From the human T2T-CHM13v2.0 reference genome, Homo sapiens: a stretch of DNA of 64,000 nt. Below, piece by piece: positions 29,575 to 42,665 of this stretch. Location of the stretch: the NCBI RefSeq assembly GCF_009914755.1, contig NC_060927.1, one strand, 5' to 3'. The translations under genes and the position numbers were made by a program. Within the stretch, counting starts at the first letter, position 1. Each line of letters starts with the position of its first letter. The notes beneath the pieces are model-generated. The model was given only the letters and a program-made list of their open reading frames with translations, did not search any database and was not told where the DNA came from.

Positions 29575-29805
29575 TTAATAAACTCCAAAGCACTCAATGT
29601 GTATCAGGAACAATTCTAAGCACTTTACAGATGTAAGCTCAATTAGTCCTCACAACTCTATGAAGTGGTATGATTATTATCTTCATTTAATAAGTGAGTG
29701 AGTTAGGGCATTGAGAGGTTAAGTAACTTGCCCAAGGTCAAACAACTAATAAATGGCAGAATCAAGATATTAGCAAAAGCAGTCTGGCTCCAGAGTTTAT
29801 GCTAT
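29575..29805 (-). mobile_element. MIR
   Basis: gagaggttaagtaacttgcccaaggtca core. Confidence 0.85.
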
Positions 29806-30599
29806 GTAACTGGTCACTTGGATTTTTTTGTGGGTCTTCAAATACTATACACAAATATATTAAAAAGTAGGGATACAAGAAATTTTTTTGAAGTTTAAAT
29901 TTCATTGTTTTCTTTCAAACTTGCTGGTGTTGCTAAGTAACTTTATATGTAGGCTCATATGGAGATAAGATTAAAGTCTAAATGTGAGGCTCAAGCCAGC
30001 TATCTCTGCTGCCCTCCCCACCACCCTCCTGCCAATAGATTCTGCTTCTATCTACCCCAGGTCTACCCTAAGTTCTACTTCAAACCTAAGCTCCTTATTG
30101 CCCTTTGACTCCTGACTGGGCTTCCCTGGAAAGTTTTCATACCATTTTCCTGACCTAATTTCTCCACTCGGAACACAGCTGTTGAATTCAGTTTCCACCA
30201 ATTGCCCTGATCCATCTGCGGGTCTCTCCATTCACAGAGTCTCAGTTGTCTGCTCATCGCCCTTTGTTTTGAAGCTCACCCACATCATGCCTCACTTTCA
30301 GAGCCTCTTGTCTCCTGTTTTGTTCTCCGAGGTTTTTGTCAGAGCCCAACTTATTCTCCTATTCTGGGAGCAAGGCACGTGTTTCCTGACCCACTGTCTT
30401 TTTTCTGGCCAATCTTCCATTTCTCTGGTACCAACACCTTAAGGTTCTCAACCCACACGGCATCGTGGCAAGGGGCATTTTCCTTCACACTCTGCTGTCA
30501 ATGTCTTTATCTCTTGGCCTGAAACTCACCCAGCTGCTTCAAAAAGATAGGCCAGCTCTGTAATTTTCTTTATGATTTTGAATTTTAAAAATCTATCTG

Positions 30600-30902
30600 G
30601 GGCGGGGCACGGTGGCTCATGCCTGTAATCCCAGCACTTTGGGAGGCCAAGGTGGGCGGATCACCTGAGGTCAAGAGTTTGAGACCAGCCTTGCCAATAT
30701 GGCGAAACCCCGTCTCTACTAAAAATACAAAATTTAGCCGGGCATGGTGGCATGTGCCTGTAATCCCAGCTACTCAGGAGGCTGAGGCAGGAGAATTGCT
30801 TGAACCTGGAGGCGGCGGAGATCGCAGTGAGCCGAGATCATGCCACTGCACTCCAGCCTGGGCAACAGAGTGAGACTCTGTCCAAAAAAAAAAAAAAAAA
30901 AA
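30600..30902 (+). mobile_element. AluS
   Basis: full dimer, A-tail; TSD aaaaatctatctgg. Confidence 0.95.
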
Positions 30903-31037
30903 TCTATCTGGGGCAGAAGGTAAGAGGGTGTATGATCAAGAAAACAACTGATCATAGTGACCATTTTGTCAGCTGTGCCCACAAATTACTAACAGCTCAG
31001 ACAATGCAAGTCACATTTGATCCCGTAGGATTTAAAG

Positions 31038-31256
31038 CAGGGGTGGGCGAACTTTTCTGTAAAAGGCCACTTAGTAAGTATTTTAGGCTTTGTGGGCTAT
31101 ACAGTCTCTGCGCCAGCTACTAAACTCTGCCTTTGCTGGGTGAAAGCAGCCATAGATGGAAAAAAAAATGAGTGTGGCTTTTTCCAATAAAATTTTATTT
31201 ACAGAAACAGACACTGGGCTAAACTTAGCCCAGAGACCATAATTTGCCAGCCCCTA
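31038..31256 (-). mobile_element. MER58A
   Basis: caggggtgggcgaacttttctgtaaaaggcca...ccaataaaattttatttaca...aatttgccagcccct. Confidence 0.88.
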
Positions 31257-31891
31257 AGTCAAAGCATTAAAACACTTTGTGGTGTTTTTCAGCTTTAACA
31301 TGGATTTCCATGAAATCAGAGCCCCTCTTAATTGTTTCTTAGACCATACTTCATTAACTCTTCACTTCAGTAAAAATAAAATTAAAGTAAAATAAGAAAC
31401 AGGATCCCTCACATAATTTGGCATATTCTCTTAAGCATAAGAACACATCTAAGACATGACAACCATTCGCTTCCAAAAACTGATAAACATCTGCTAGCAC
31501 ATAGAGTGCTTCAATCAGGTACTTTTTCACTTCCACAAAGCACACCCTTTTACAAAGTGTTCACAAAGGATCTCCAGACCATGTCTTGCCAAATATAGTT
31601 TTGAGATACCAACACAAACGTTGTACAGTCATGTCAATAACTGAGTATGCAAGAAGCACATAGTGCTGAGGCCTCAAGGAACAGTGGTTTGCCAATACCT
31701 GCCCCGGTGAAAATTTTCACAATTTGGGGCATTCTTGGCTATTCTACATTGTCCCCACAAGGCTCTGAGGTGCTCATTCATCAACTCATTTTTTTCATTT
31801 GTTTAACAAATGTTTTGGAGGACTGTCTTTGGGCCAGCTATGTTGCTAGGCACTTGGAATCCAATGGCAAGGCAAAGACAGAAAGACAAAA

Positions 31892-31955
31892 TAACTAACT
31901 AACTAACTAACTAAATAAATAAATAACTAACTAACTAAATAAATAAATAAATAAA
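31892..31955. repeat. Compound (TAAC)n(TAAA)n microsatellite
   Basis: direct reading. Confidence 0.9.
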
Positions 31956-32035
31956 ACCAAAAAAGCAGAAAGGCCGACAGAAAGAAGAGACAGAAAAGAA
32001 AAGGACCGGTTTCTGACTTTAAAGAGTTGATAGTC

Positions 32036-32249
32036 TAGTGTATGGTGGCCAACAGAGCTTCCTATAATAGTGGAAATGTTCTTTATTCTCTGCTGCCCAA
32101 TATGATAGCCACTAGTCACATGTGGTTCTTGAATACTTGAAATGTGTCTGGTGTGACTAGGCAACAGAACTTCTATTCTATTTAATTTTAATTAATTTAA
32201 AGTTAAATCGCTACATATAGCAAGTAGCTACTATATTAGACAGTACAGG
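32036..32249. mobile_element. MER3 (hAT-Charlie MITE)
   Basis: ggaaatgttct...gcccaatatgatagccactagtcacatgtgg...gctactatattagacagtacag; gtctag at both flanks. Confidence 0.82.
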
Positions 32250-34149
32250 TCTAGAGGGAGAAATACTTGAATCAAATAAGTGTAACATTATACCTGTGTT
32301 ATGTGCTAAGAAGGATATTAAGTACCAAGTGCTCTGAGAACTAATAGGAAGATTTGACCAATTAAGTAAGTTCAGGAAACACTTCCCTAAGGAAGTGGCA
32401 AAGGAGAAGAAATCAGAAAGAAGAGTAAGGTTCAATTAGATGGAGTGAGGTGTCACATAAGGCAATCCAGGCATTAACTAAGGGAAAATAATATTATGTA
32501 ATATTAGTGTGGCTGAAGCAGAGGGCATTAGGGGAGTAAGAGCCAGATCTTACATGGCATCACAGGCCATGTAAGGGATTTTGTTATTTAGCCTAAGGAC
32601 AGGGTTTAAAGCAAATAGGAATGGAAAGTTTGGGTGTGTTTGAGGTTACTGCACTTGCATTTTGTAGTGCTCTCCTTGGTTGCAGTGTATGGAACACACT
32701 GAAGAATGGCCACCAGAGAAAGCAGAGGGAGACCAGTAAATTATCCGTTGCAGTGGTCCAAATGGCCAGTGATTGTATATGGCTTGAATTCAGACAGATG
32801 TATGGGATATGTAGAAAACAAAATTGACAAACCCTGGAAGAAAACTGGATGTGAGAAATAAGGAAAGAAAATCCAGCTTCGAGGATAACAGTCCAGCTTG
32901 CACATCCTCATGGATAGAGGTGTTGTTAACTGATCAGAAAATACATGGGGAAGAGCAGGTTTGGGGGTAATTATGTTAGTTGTGTCTTCAACATGTTGAG
33001 TTTGAGGTTCTCAGAGACATCCAAATGGTCTGTTGAATTGGCAGAAGTGTAAAAGAGAAGTATGGGTTGAATAGACATTGGAGAAATTTCTAGAATAGAA
33101 ATTTGTTGAAAATTCATTAGTGAATATTATATTAGTACTTCTTTCCCTATGATACTATAAGGTATTCTTGGGAGCTGCTATAAATATTTGTTAATGCACT
33201 CAAGGTAGTATGTACAAATAGAATACATCTAAGGCAATGCAGTAATTACAACAGTAGTTTAAATGGGAGGAGATCAGAAACTATTCAGAGATGGAAAATA
33301 CTGTTGAGGTTAATTTGTAAAATTTTCATAAGACTAAAATTTCTTAAAGAGATGGGAAACAAAGCATGATAAATTCACATACAGCGATGCTCAATGCAAT
33401 TAGAGAGGAACAGGAGAGATGGAAAGGATTCAATTCAAGATGAGGCCTCAGAGAACTCAACTGAGTTGTTCTCTAGAAGAGAACAATGTAGCTCACATAT
33501 AACAGAAAGCAACAAATGTATAGGGAATTGGGACAAGAGTAAGTGACATAGATCATTAACAGTGGTAGATGCTAATTTTAAAATTAATTTGTTTGGTTTC
33601 TGCTTATGAATGATGTTTATAGATGCCACAATACAATTGAAAATACAAATTGGAAAGTCACTCATGTTTTTCATTCTATTCCCATACACTATTTTCATCC
33701 TAGAAGCATGTAACTTCAAACTGGTGAAAAAAAATCCTCATTAGTTTTAAATAATCTTTATCAGCTAGCCATATGCATGACTTGTTTATTTTTCTTCCCA
33801 TCACTCCATTAACTGGGGATAAAATTCTTCCATTTAAAAGTCCTCCTACATCACTTCTAGGTCTTTTGGCTAAGATCAGGTGTAAATGTCCTCCCACTGA
33901 ACTATAGATTAATGGAACAATAAAATATAGAACATGGGTATGATTACTCCAGTCAACAATTTTATAACTTGCCCTGAAAATTACAAAACTAAAAACACAA
34001 ATCTCCATTTGTCCCCCAAATAGTAAGCAACTATGTTGTCTGTAGTTGAAATTCTTGGAAATGTGTTCAGACATAAAAGGACCTGAGTCTAAATCAAATC
34101 AGAATTTAAACAAACAAACATTCAAGTACTTCAAACCAAGACATTGTAC

Positions 34150-34900
34150 TTGTTCCTGCTACTTCCACTCATCCAGTCCAATTCCCTTCCCTTCCTACCT
34201 GGAGGCAGCCACTAAGAGGAATTTGGCATGTCCCTTCTGGTCCGAGCTTTTATACTTTTGCTATATTTATGAATATAAAAACAACGTATAGAATTGCTTT
34301 AGGCTTAATTTATGTAATTGCTATTCTATAATATGAATCATTTTGAAGCATGCTTTTCTTCTTCCACCTTTGATTTGAAGATTTCTCCATACTGATGTGT
34401 ATTGCTTTGGTCTGTTTTAACTGCTGTTATTTTCCAACATAGGAATAAACCACATCTTATCAATTTCACCATTAACATCATATTATTTCCAGGTTTCACT
34501 ATTTCAAACATATAGCGATGAACATATTTTACATATCTTCCTGTGTCTATGTGCAAGAGGTTCTAGATCTACATCAGCTTAGATCTAGATCAAGCAGGTC
34601 TTAAACTATAACTTTATTAGACATTAGCAAATGTCTCAACAAGTGATGAGAACCCTTGATACTCTTAGCAATGGTGGTAAGATCTTTTTTATACACATAC
34701 TTGAAAATACTTTCCAACTTTTTGATGTTTGTCAATCAGATGGGAGTGAAATGGTATCTCATTTTAATTTTTTCCCTGGTTACTAAGTAAACATCCTTTT
34801 ATTGTTTATTGTTTATTTTGTTTGCCTCTTCTTTGAACTGCTGGCTTATATCTTTTATCTAATTTTCTAGTCATCTGTCATTTTCTCCAGAGTTATTTAT
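34150..34900 (-). mobile_element. Old L1ME fragment
   Basis: tttgtcaatcagatgggagtgaaatggtatctcatt. Confidence 0.65.
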
Positions 34901-34906
34901 ATACTA

Positions 34907-35365
34907 CGTATGTCTGCACATAAGGTGGCCTCAAATGTAAGGCTTTCTTCCAGTATTCTGAATGGGGAGATACAAAATGTTTTGCATAACTTGAATATAA
35001 AAATAAATAAATAAAATAATCAAATGTCTGTGATTACACCTGATATTACTGTTATTTTCAGATGCATTTTTAAAATCATGTATTACATAATAAATTATTT
35101 TATGACTATTGCTTTCGCCTTCACTCATATTTCCTTAAATACTTTATTCAAACTTTTAATGGGCATATCCGACATCACGGTGTCATCATTGAGCCACTTT
35201 TTGCATCATTTACATTTTTTTTTAGAGCGGACCACCTTCATTTCTGTTCAGACAAATGTTGAATCTGGGCTTGATACAGTCACAAACATTGTTCCAAGCT
35301 GCCAAGTACCATTTGCAATTCATGAGCATCACAATAGGATCATGTAGTATATTGCTTTTTGTGCG
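34907..35365 (-). mobile_element. Probable TcMar-Tc2 (Kanga-like) transposon 3' fragment
   Basis: TA + cgtatgtctgcacataagg TIR-like end; minus frame CKWYLAAWNNVCDCIKPRF resembles pogo/Tc2 DDE C-terminal W..AW motif. Confidence 0.45.
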
Positions 35366-35369
35366 TTAT

Positions 35370-35640
35370 CTTTCATTTGCCCCATGAGATCCACTTTCCT
35401 TCCCTCTTCCCCCTGCTTTCTGCCGCGGAAAGCTGACCTCTAGGGACCTTTTCACCAGATCCTTTAGGTCTAGCTTCCTTCTAGGGTCAGTCAGTGGGAG
35501 GCCCTAGTAGGAGATGAGGGGAGGTAGGAGAGTGAAGTTGGGATATTTATTTCTCTCATTCCCACTCTCAGAGGTCACCTCCAACTGGTTGCATCACTAT
35601 GCAGAAGGTCATTGCATCTCACGACTCTCTCTCTCCTAAT
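35370..35640 (-). mobile_element. LTR33-like ERVL LTR fragment
   Basis: cagtgggaggccctagtaggagatgaggggaggtaggagagtgaagttgggatatttatt. Confidence 0.7.
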
Positions 35641-35676
35641 TTAAGTGTGCCATCAATTTGCCATTGGGGAATGATT

Positions 35677-35880
35677 GGGTTCAAGAGATTCTCCTGCCTC
35701 AGCCTCCCAAGTAGCTGGACTACAGGCATGTGCCAACACACCTGGCTAATATTTTGTATGTTTAGTAGAGACGGGGTTTCACCGTGTTAGCCAGGATGGT
35801 CTTGTTCTCCTGACCTCATGATCTGCCTGCCTCAGCCCCCTGAAGTGCTGGGATTATAGGTGTGAGCCACCGCATCCAAC
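35677..35880 (-). mobile_element. AluS lacking its 3' end and tail
   Basis: gggttcaagagattctcctgcctc...gtgagccaccgc. Confidence 0.92.
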
Positions 35881-35883
35881 CAT

Positions 35884-38800
35884 CACATTTTCTTTATCCA
35901 GTCATTGATGGGCATTTGGGCTGCTTTCATGTTTTTGCAGTTGCAAATTGTGCTGCCATAAACGTGCGTGTGCAAGTATCTTTTTGTTTAATGACTTGCA
36001 AGTATCTTTTTTGTATAATGACTTGTTTTGCTCAGGGCGGATACCTAGTAGTGGGATTGCTGAATCAAACTGTAGATCTACTTTTAGTTCTTCAAGAAAT
36101 CTCCACATCATTTTCCGTAGTAGTTGTACTAGTTTATATTCCCACCGACAGTGTAAAAGTGTTCCCTTTTCATCACATCCCCACCAACATCTATTTTTTT
36201 TAATTTTTTTTATTACGGTCATTCTTGCAGGAGTTAGGTGCTATCGCATTGTGGTTTTGATTTTCATTTCCCAGATCATTAATGATATTGAGCATTTTCT
36301 CATATGCTTGTTGGCCATTTGTATATCTTCTTTTGAGAATTGTCTATTCATGTCCTTAGCCCACTTTTTGGTGGGATTTTATTTTATTTTATTTTTTACT
36401 GATTTGTTTGAGTTTCTTATAGATCCTGGATATTAGTCCTTTGTTGGATGTACAGATTGTAAAGATTTTCTCCCACTCTGTGGGTTTTCTGTTTACTCTG
36501 CTGATTGTTTCTTCTGCTGTGCAGAAGCTTTTTAGTTTAATTAAGTTCCATCTATTTACCTTTGTTTTTGTTGTATTTGCTTTTTGGTTCTTGGTCATAA
36601 ATGCTTTGCCTAAGCCAATGTCTAGAGGGTTTTTCTGATGTTATCTTCTAGAATTTTTATGTTTCAGGTCTTAGATTTAAGTCTTTGATCCATCTTGAGT
36701 TGATTTTTATATAAGGTGAGAGATGAGGATCCCATTATATTCTTCTACATGTGGCTAGCTAATTATCCCAGCACCATTTGTTGAATAGGATGTGCTTTCC
36801 CCACTTTGTTTACTTTGTTGAAGATCAATTGGCTATAAGTATTTTGCTTTATTTCTGGGTTCTCCATTCTGTTCCATTGGTCTATGTGCCTATTTTTATA
36901 TCAGCACCATGCTGTTCTGGTGACTATGGCCTTATAGTATAGTTTGAAGTTAAGTAATGTGATGCCTCCAGATTTGTCCTTTTTGCTTAGTCTTGCTTTG
37001 GCTATGTGGGCTCTTTTTTGGTTCCATATGAATCTTTGGATTGTTTTTTCTAGTTCTGTGAAGAATGATGGTGGTATTTTGATGGGAATTGCATTGAATT
37101 TGTAGATTGCTTTTGGCAGTATGGCCATTTTCACAATATTGATTCTACCCATCCATAAGCATAGGATGTGTTTCCATTTGCTTGTGTTGTCTATGATTTC
37201 TTTAAGCAGTGTTTTGTAGTTTTCCTTGTAGAGGTCTTTCACTTCCTTGGTTAGGTATATACCTAAGTTATTTTATTTTATTCGCAGCTATTATACAAGG
37301 GGGTGAATTCTTGATTTGATTCTCAGCTTGGTTGCTGTTTGTGTGTAGCAGAGCTACTGATTTCTGTACATTAATTTTGTATCTTGAAACTTTGAATTCA
37401 TTTACCAGTTCTAGGAGCTTTTGGATGAGTCTTTGGGTTTTTTAAGTATATGATTATATCATTGGCAAACAGGAACAGTTTGACTTCCTTTTTACCAATT
37501 TGGATGGCCTTTATTTCTTTCTCTTGTCTTATTGCTCTAGCTAGGACCTCTAATACTATATTGAATAGAAGTGGTAAAAGTAGGGATCCTTGTCTTGTTC
37601 CAGTTCTCAAGGGGAATTCTTTCAACATTTCCCCATTCAGTATTAGGTTGGCTGTGGGTTTGTCATAGATGGCTTTTATTACATCAAGGTATGTTCCTTC
37701 TCTGCCAATTTTGCTGAGAGTTTTAATCACAAAACCATGCTGAATTTTGTCAAATGCTTTTTCTGCATCTATTGAGTTGATCATGTGATTTTTGTTTTTA
37801 ATTGTTTATGTGGTGTATCACATTTATTGACTTGCATATGTTAAACCATCCCTGTGTCTCTGGTATGAAACCCACTTGATCATGGTGGATTATCTTTTTG
37901 ATATGCTGTTGGATTTGGTTAGTTAGTAGTTTGTTGAGGATATTTGCATCTATGTTCATCAGGGATATTCATCTGTAGTGTTCTTTTTTTGTTATGTCCT
38001 TTCCTGGTTTTGGTATTAGGGTGATACTGGCTTCATAGAATGATTTAGGGAGAATTCCCTCTCTCTCTGTCTTGTGGAATAGTGTCAATAGGATTGGTAC
38101 CAGTTCTTCTTTGAATGTCTGATAGAATTCAGCCATGAATCCATCTGGTCCTGGACTTTTTTTTGTGGGAAATTTTTTTGTTAGCATTTCAATCTCGCTG
38201 TTTGTTATTGGTCTGTTCAGAGTTTCTATTTCTTCCTAGTTAAATCTAGGAGGGTTGTATGTTTCCAGGCATTTATCCATCTCCTCTAGGTTTTCTAGTT
38301 TATGTGTGTAAAGGTGTTCATAGTAGACTTGAATAATCTTTTGTATTTCTTTGGTATCAGTTGTAGTATCTCCTGTTTTGTTTTTAATTGAGCTTATTTG
38401 GGTCTTCTCTCTTCTTTTCTTGGTTTATCTCACTAATGGTCTATCAATTTTATTTACCTTTTCAAAGAACCGGCTTTTTGTTTCATTTACCTTTTGTATT
38501 GCTTTTGTTTCAATTTCATTTAACTCTGCTCTGGTCTTTGTTATTTCTTTTCTTCTGCTGGGTTTGAGTTTGGTTTGTTCTTTTTTTTCTAGCTCCTTGA
38601 TGTGTGACCTTAGATTGTCTATTTGTGCTCTTTCAGACTTTTTAATGTAGGCCTTTAAAGGCTATGAACTTTCCTCTTAGCACCACTTTTGCTGTATCCC
38701 AGAGGTTTTGATAGGTTGTGTTGCTATTTTCATTCAGTTCAAAGAATTTTTTAATTTCCATCTTGATTTCATTGTTGACCTAATGCTCATTCAGGAGCAG

Positions 38801-41800
38801 ATTATTTAATTTCCATGTATTTGCATGGTTTTGAGCGTTCCTTTTGGAGTTGATTTCCAATTTTACTCCACTGTGGTCTGAGAGAGTACTTGATATAATT
38901 TTGATTTTTTTTTTATTTTTTGAGACTTGTTTTGTGGCCCATATGGTCTATCTTGGAGAATGTTCCATGTGCTGATGAATAGAATGTATATTCTGCAGTT
39001 GTTGGGTAGAATATTCTGTAAATATCTGTTAAATCCATTTGTTCTAGGGTATAGTTTAAGTCCATTGTTTCTTTGTTGACTTTGTCTTGATGACCTGTCT
39101 AGTCCTGCCAGTAGAGTATTAAAGTCCCCCATTATTATTGTGTTACCATCTATCTCATTTCTTAGGCCTAGTAGTAATTGTTTTATAAATTTGGGAGCTC
39201 CAGTGCATATATTAGGTGCATATATTTTCAGAATTGTGATATTTTCCTGTTGGACTAGTCCTTTTATCATTATATAATATCCCTCTTTGTCTTTTTTAAC
39301 TGCTATTGCTTTAAAGTTTGTTTCGTCTGGTATAAGAATAGCTACTCCTTCTCACTTTTGATAACCATTTGCATGGAATACAATTTCCACTCCTTTACTT
39401 TAAGTTTATGTGAGTCCTTATGTGTTAGGTGAGTCTCTTGAAGACAGCAGACACTTGGTTGCTGATTTCTTATCCATTCTGCCATTCTGTGTCTTTTCAG
39501 TGGTGCATTTAGGCCATTTACATTTAATGTTAGTATTGAGATGTGAGGTACTATTCTGTTCTTCGTGCTATTGTTTCCTGAATATCTTTTGTGTGTGTGT
39601 GTTTGTTTTATAGGTCCTGTGTGATTTAGGCTTTAAGGAGTTTCTATTTTGGTGTATTTTGAAGATTCCTTTGAAAATTTAGAACTCCTTTTAGCAGTTC
39701 TTGTAGTATTGGCTTTGTAGTAGTGAATTTTCTCAGCATTTGTTTGTCTGAAAAAGACTGTATCTTTCCTTCATTTATGAAGCTTGGTTTTGCTGGATAC
39801 AAAATTCTTGGCTGATAATTGTTTTGCTTAAGGAAGCTAAAGATGGGACCATAATCCCTTCTAGTTTGCAGGGTTTCTGCAGAGAAATCTGCTGGTAATT
39901 TGATAGGTTTTCCTTTATAGGTTACCTGATGCTTTTTCTCACTGCTCTTGAGATTCTTTCCTTTGTCTTGACTTTAGATAACCTGATGACTATATGCCTA
40001 TGTGATGATCTTTTCATGATTAATTTCCCAGGTGCTCTTTCAGCTTCTTGTATCTGGATGTCTAGATCACTAGCAAGGCCAGGAAAGTTTCTTTGATTAT
40101 TCCCTGAGACATGTTTTCCAGAGTTTTACATTTCTATTTTTTCTCGGAAACAATTTTTCTTAGGTTTGGTTGTTCAATACAAGGCCAAACTTCTTAGAGG
40201 CTTTGTTCATTTTGTTTTGATTCTTTTTTCTTTGTCTTTGTTGGACTGGGTTAATTTGAAAGCCTTATCTTTGAGCTCTGAGGTTCCCTCTCTACTTGTT
40301 TGATTTTATTGCTGAGATTTTCCAGTGTATTTTGCCTTTCTATAAGTGTGTTCTTCATTTCCAGAAGTTGTAATTGTTTTTTATTTATGGTACCTATTTC
40401 TCTGAAGATTTTTCTGTCCATATTATGTGACATTTAAAAAATTTCTTTAAGTTGGTATTCACCTTTCTCTGGTGCTTCCTTAGTAACTTAGTAAACAACC
40501 TCCTAAATATTTTTTCTGGCAATTCAGGGATTTCTTCTTGTTTTGGATCCATTGCTGGTGAGCTAGTGTGACCTTTTGGGGGTGTTAAAGAACCTTGTTT
40601 TGTCATATTAACAGAGTTGCTTTTCTGGTTTCTTCTCATTTAGGTAGACTATGTGTCAGAGGGAAGATTTGGGACTCAAGGGCTGCTGTTCAGATTCTTT
40701 TGGTCCATGGGGTGCTCCCTTGATGTGGTTCTCTCCCCCTTCCCTTAGGGATGGGGCTTCCTGAGAGCCAAACTCTAGTGATTGTTATTTCTCTTCTGGA
40801 TCTAGCCACCCAGTGGAGCTACCTGGCTCTGGGCTGGTACTGGGGAGTGTCTACAAAGAGTCCTGTGATGTGATCCATGTTCAGGTCTGTCAGCCATGGA
40901 TATCAGCACCTGCCCCAGGGGAGGTAGCAGAGGAGTGAAGTGGACTCTGTGATGGTCCTTGGTTGTATTTTTGTTTAGTGCACTGGTTTTGTGTTGGTTG
41001 GCCTCCAGGCAGGAGGTGGCACTTTTAAGAGCGCATCTGCTGTGGTAGTACAGGGAGGCTACAAGCTTGCCCTCGGTCACCCGGATAAGTATTTGGGTTT
41101 CTCAGGTGGTGAGTGGGGCCATAGGGCTCTCAAAAGATTATGTCCTTTGTCTTTGTCTACCAGGGTAGGTAGAGAAAGACCATCAGTTTGGGGCAGGATT
41201 AAGCATATATGAACTCAGACTCTTCTTAAGCGGAGCTTCCTATGGCTGCTGTTGGGGATGGGGCTGTGGTTTCCAGGCCAATGGAGTTACGTTCCCAGGA
41301 GGATTATGGCTGCCTCTGCTGTGTCATTCAGGTCACCAGGAGAGTGGGGGAAAGCCAGCAATTACAGGCCTTACCCAGCTCCCATACAGCCCAAAAGGCC
41401 AGTTTCAGCCTGACCATGTACCCCACATCATCTCTGAGTTTATTTCCAGGCAACAGGTGAGCAGGGCTGAGAACTTGCTCCAGACTACAAGCCTTCACAC
41501 TGAGAAAGCAAGCAGTGCTTTCAGGTTTCACTCCTCCCTTCATGCCACAGTTTCTGTGCTCATATCTGCACTCCTGATTCACCCCCTTTCCTGGGTTCTG
41601 TCCAGGAAACGTTGCATTCAGTTGAATTTGAATTTGTTACAAAGTTCACCTGGAAGTTTCCTTCTCTCTGTGGTCTTTCCTCAATTCCACTGGCAGCCCT
41701 CCCCAAGGACACTTGAGAGACAAAGTCAGAAATGGCTTCCTTGGAGACTGAGAGTGCCCACAGGGCTCTTCCCTCTGCTTCCTCTATCCCTATATTTCAC

Positions 41801-42135
41801 TTGGCTCTTTAAATTTGTCTCAGCTCCAGGTAAGGTCAAATCTTTATCCCATGATCTGGACCTTCAAGTTCTCCAGTGAGGATGTATTTTTGGGGGTAGA
41901 TGATCTCACTTTTACATTTTTGCACTTTGGGTACCCACAGTTTTTTGGCTGTCTCACAGAGCCTGCAGCAGCAATCTACTTCCTTCAAAGGGTCTATGGA
42001 TTGTCTTTGCTTTTATAGTATATTCCTGCAGTAGTTCTTAGAGGAAAACGTTACTATGTTGAGTCTCCACACACTGCTCTGTCCATCCAAGTGGGAGCTG
42101 CAAGTTAGTCCTGCCTCCTGTCTGCCATTTTTTTC
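35884..42135 (-). mobile_element. Near full-length L1PB-type LINE-1 (5' UTR, ORF1, ORF2; inactivated; 3' UTR missing)
   Basis: minus-strand ORF pieces: ORF1 (MRRNQKSNSVNMTKQGSLTPPK), endonuclease (IYAPN..GDFN), [11 protein letters not shown] ([25 protein letters not shown]), C-terminal domain; broken by frameshifts/stops. Confidence 0.95.
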
Positions 42136-42139
42136 AAGA

Positions 42140-42665
42140 CCATCTTTTGCTCCATTTTTAATCAGGTATTTTGTTTTTGCTATTGGATTGTTTGAGTTCC
42201 TTATATATTTTAGATAATGGCATACCTATTGAACATATGGTTTGAAAATATTTGCCACCATTCTTTTAAAACTGTTTTAAATTACTTATTTTTATTTAAT
42301 TATTTATTTACTTACTTTTTTTTTTTTTTTTAGAGACAGGGTCTCACTCTGTTGTTTAAGCTGGAGTGCAGTGGCTGAAGCTCCTGGGCTCAAGCGATCC
42401 TCCTGCCTCAGCCTCCCCAGTAGCTAGAACTACAGACACGTGCCATCACCCTCAGCTAATTAAAAAAAATTTTTTTGAGATGGGGTCTCATTATATTGCC
42501 CAGCTGGTTTCAAACTTGTCCTCAAGCAATTATCCCACCTTGGCCCCCCAAAGCGCTGGGATTACAGGCATGAGCTACTGCACTCAGCTTATTTGCTGCC
42601 ATTCTGTAGGTTGCCTTTCCATTTTCTTGATTGTTTCCATTGCTGTGCAAAAACTTTTTAAAAAT
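42140..42665 (-). mobile_element. Older L1 fragment flanking AluJ
   Basis: gttgtttgagttccttatatattttagata; ccattctgtaggttgcctttcc...tgctgtgcaaaaactttt. Confidence 0.75.
42285..42588 (-). mobile_element. AluJ with internal deletion
   Basis: T-tail, gagacagggtctcactctg...ctcctgggctcaagcgatcctcc...gggattacaggcatgagc. Confidence 0.9.

Larger units (their letters stand above)
31775..33090 (-). mobile_element. L2 LINE fragments with (TAAC)/(TAAA) repeat and nested MER3
   Basis: cattcatcaactca...tttaacaaatgttt..gag; catgttgagtttgaggttctcagagacatccaaatgg. Confidence 0.7.

Noticed and set aside
34562-34589. 10-bp inverted repeat tctagatcta / tagatctaga
   Set aside because: Short and partly self-palindromic within old L1; could be chance or a minor repair scar.
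35902-40639. Multiple ORFs with RT, endonuclease and ORF1 similarity
   Set aside because: Fragments of a dead L1 with frameshifts and stops; not a gene or novel RT system.
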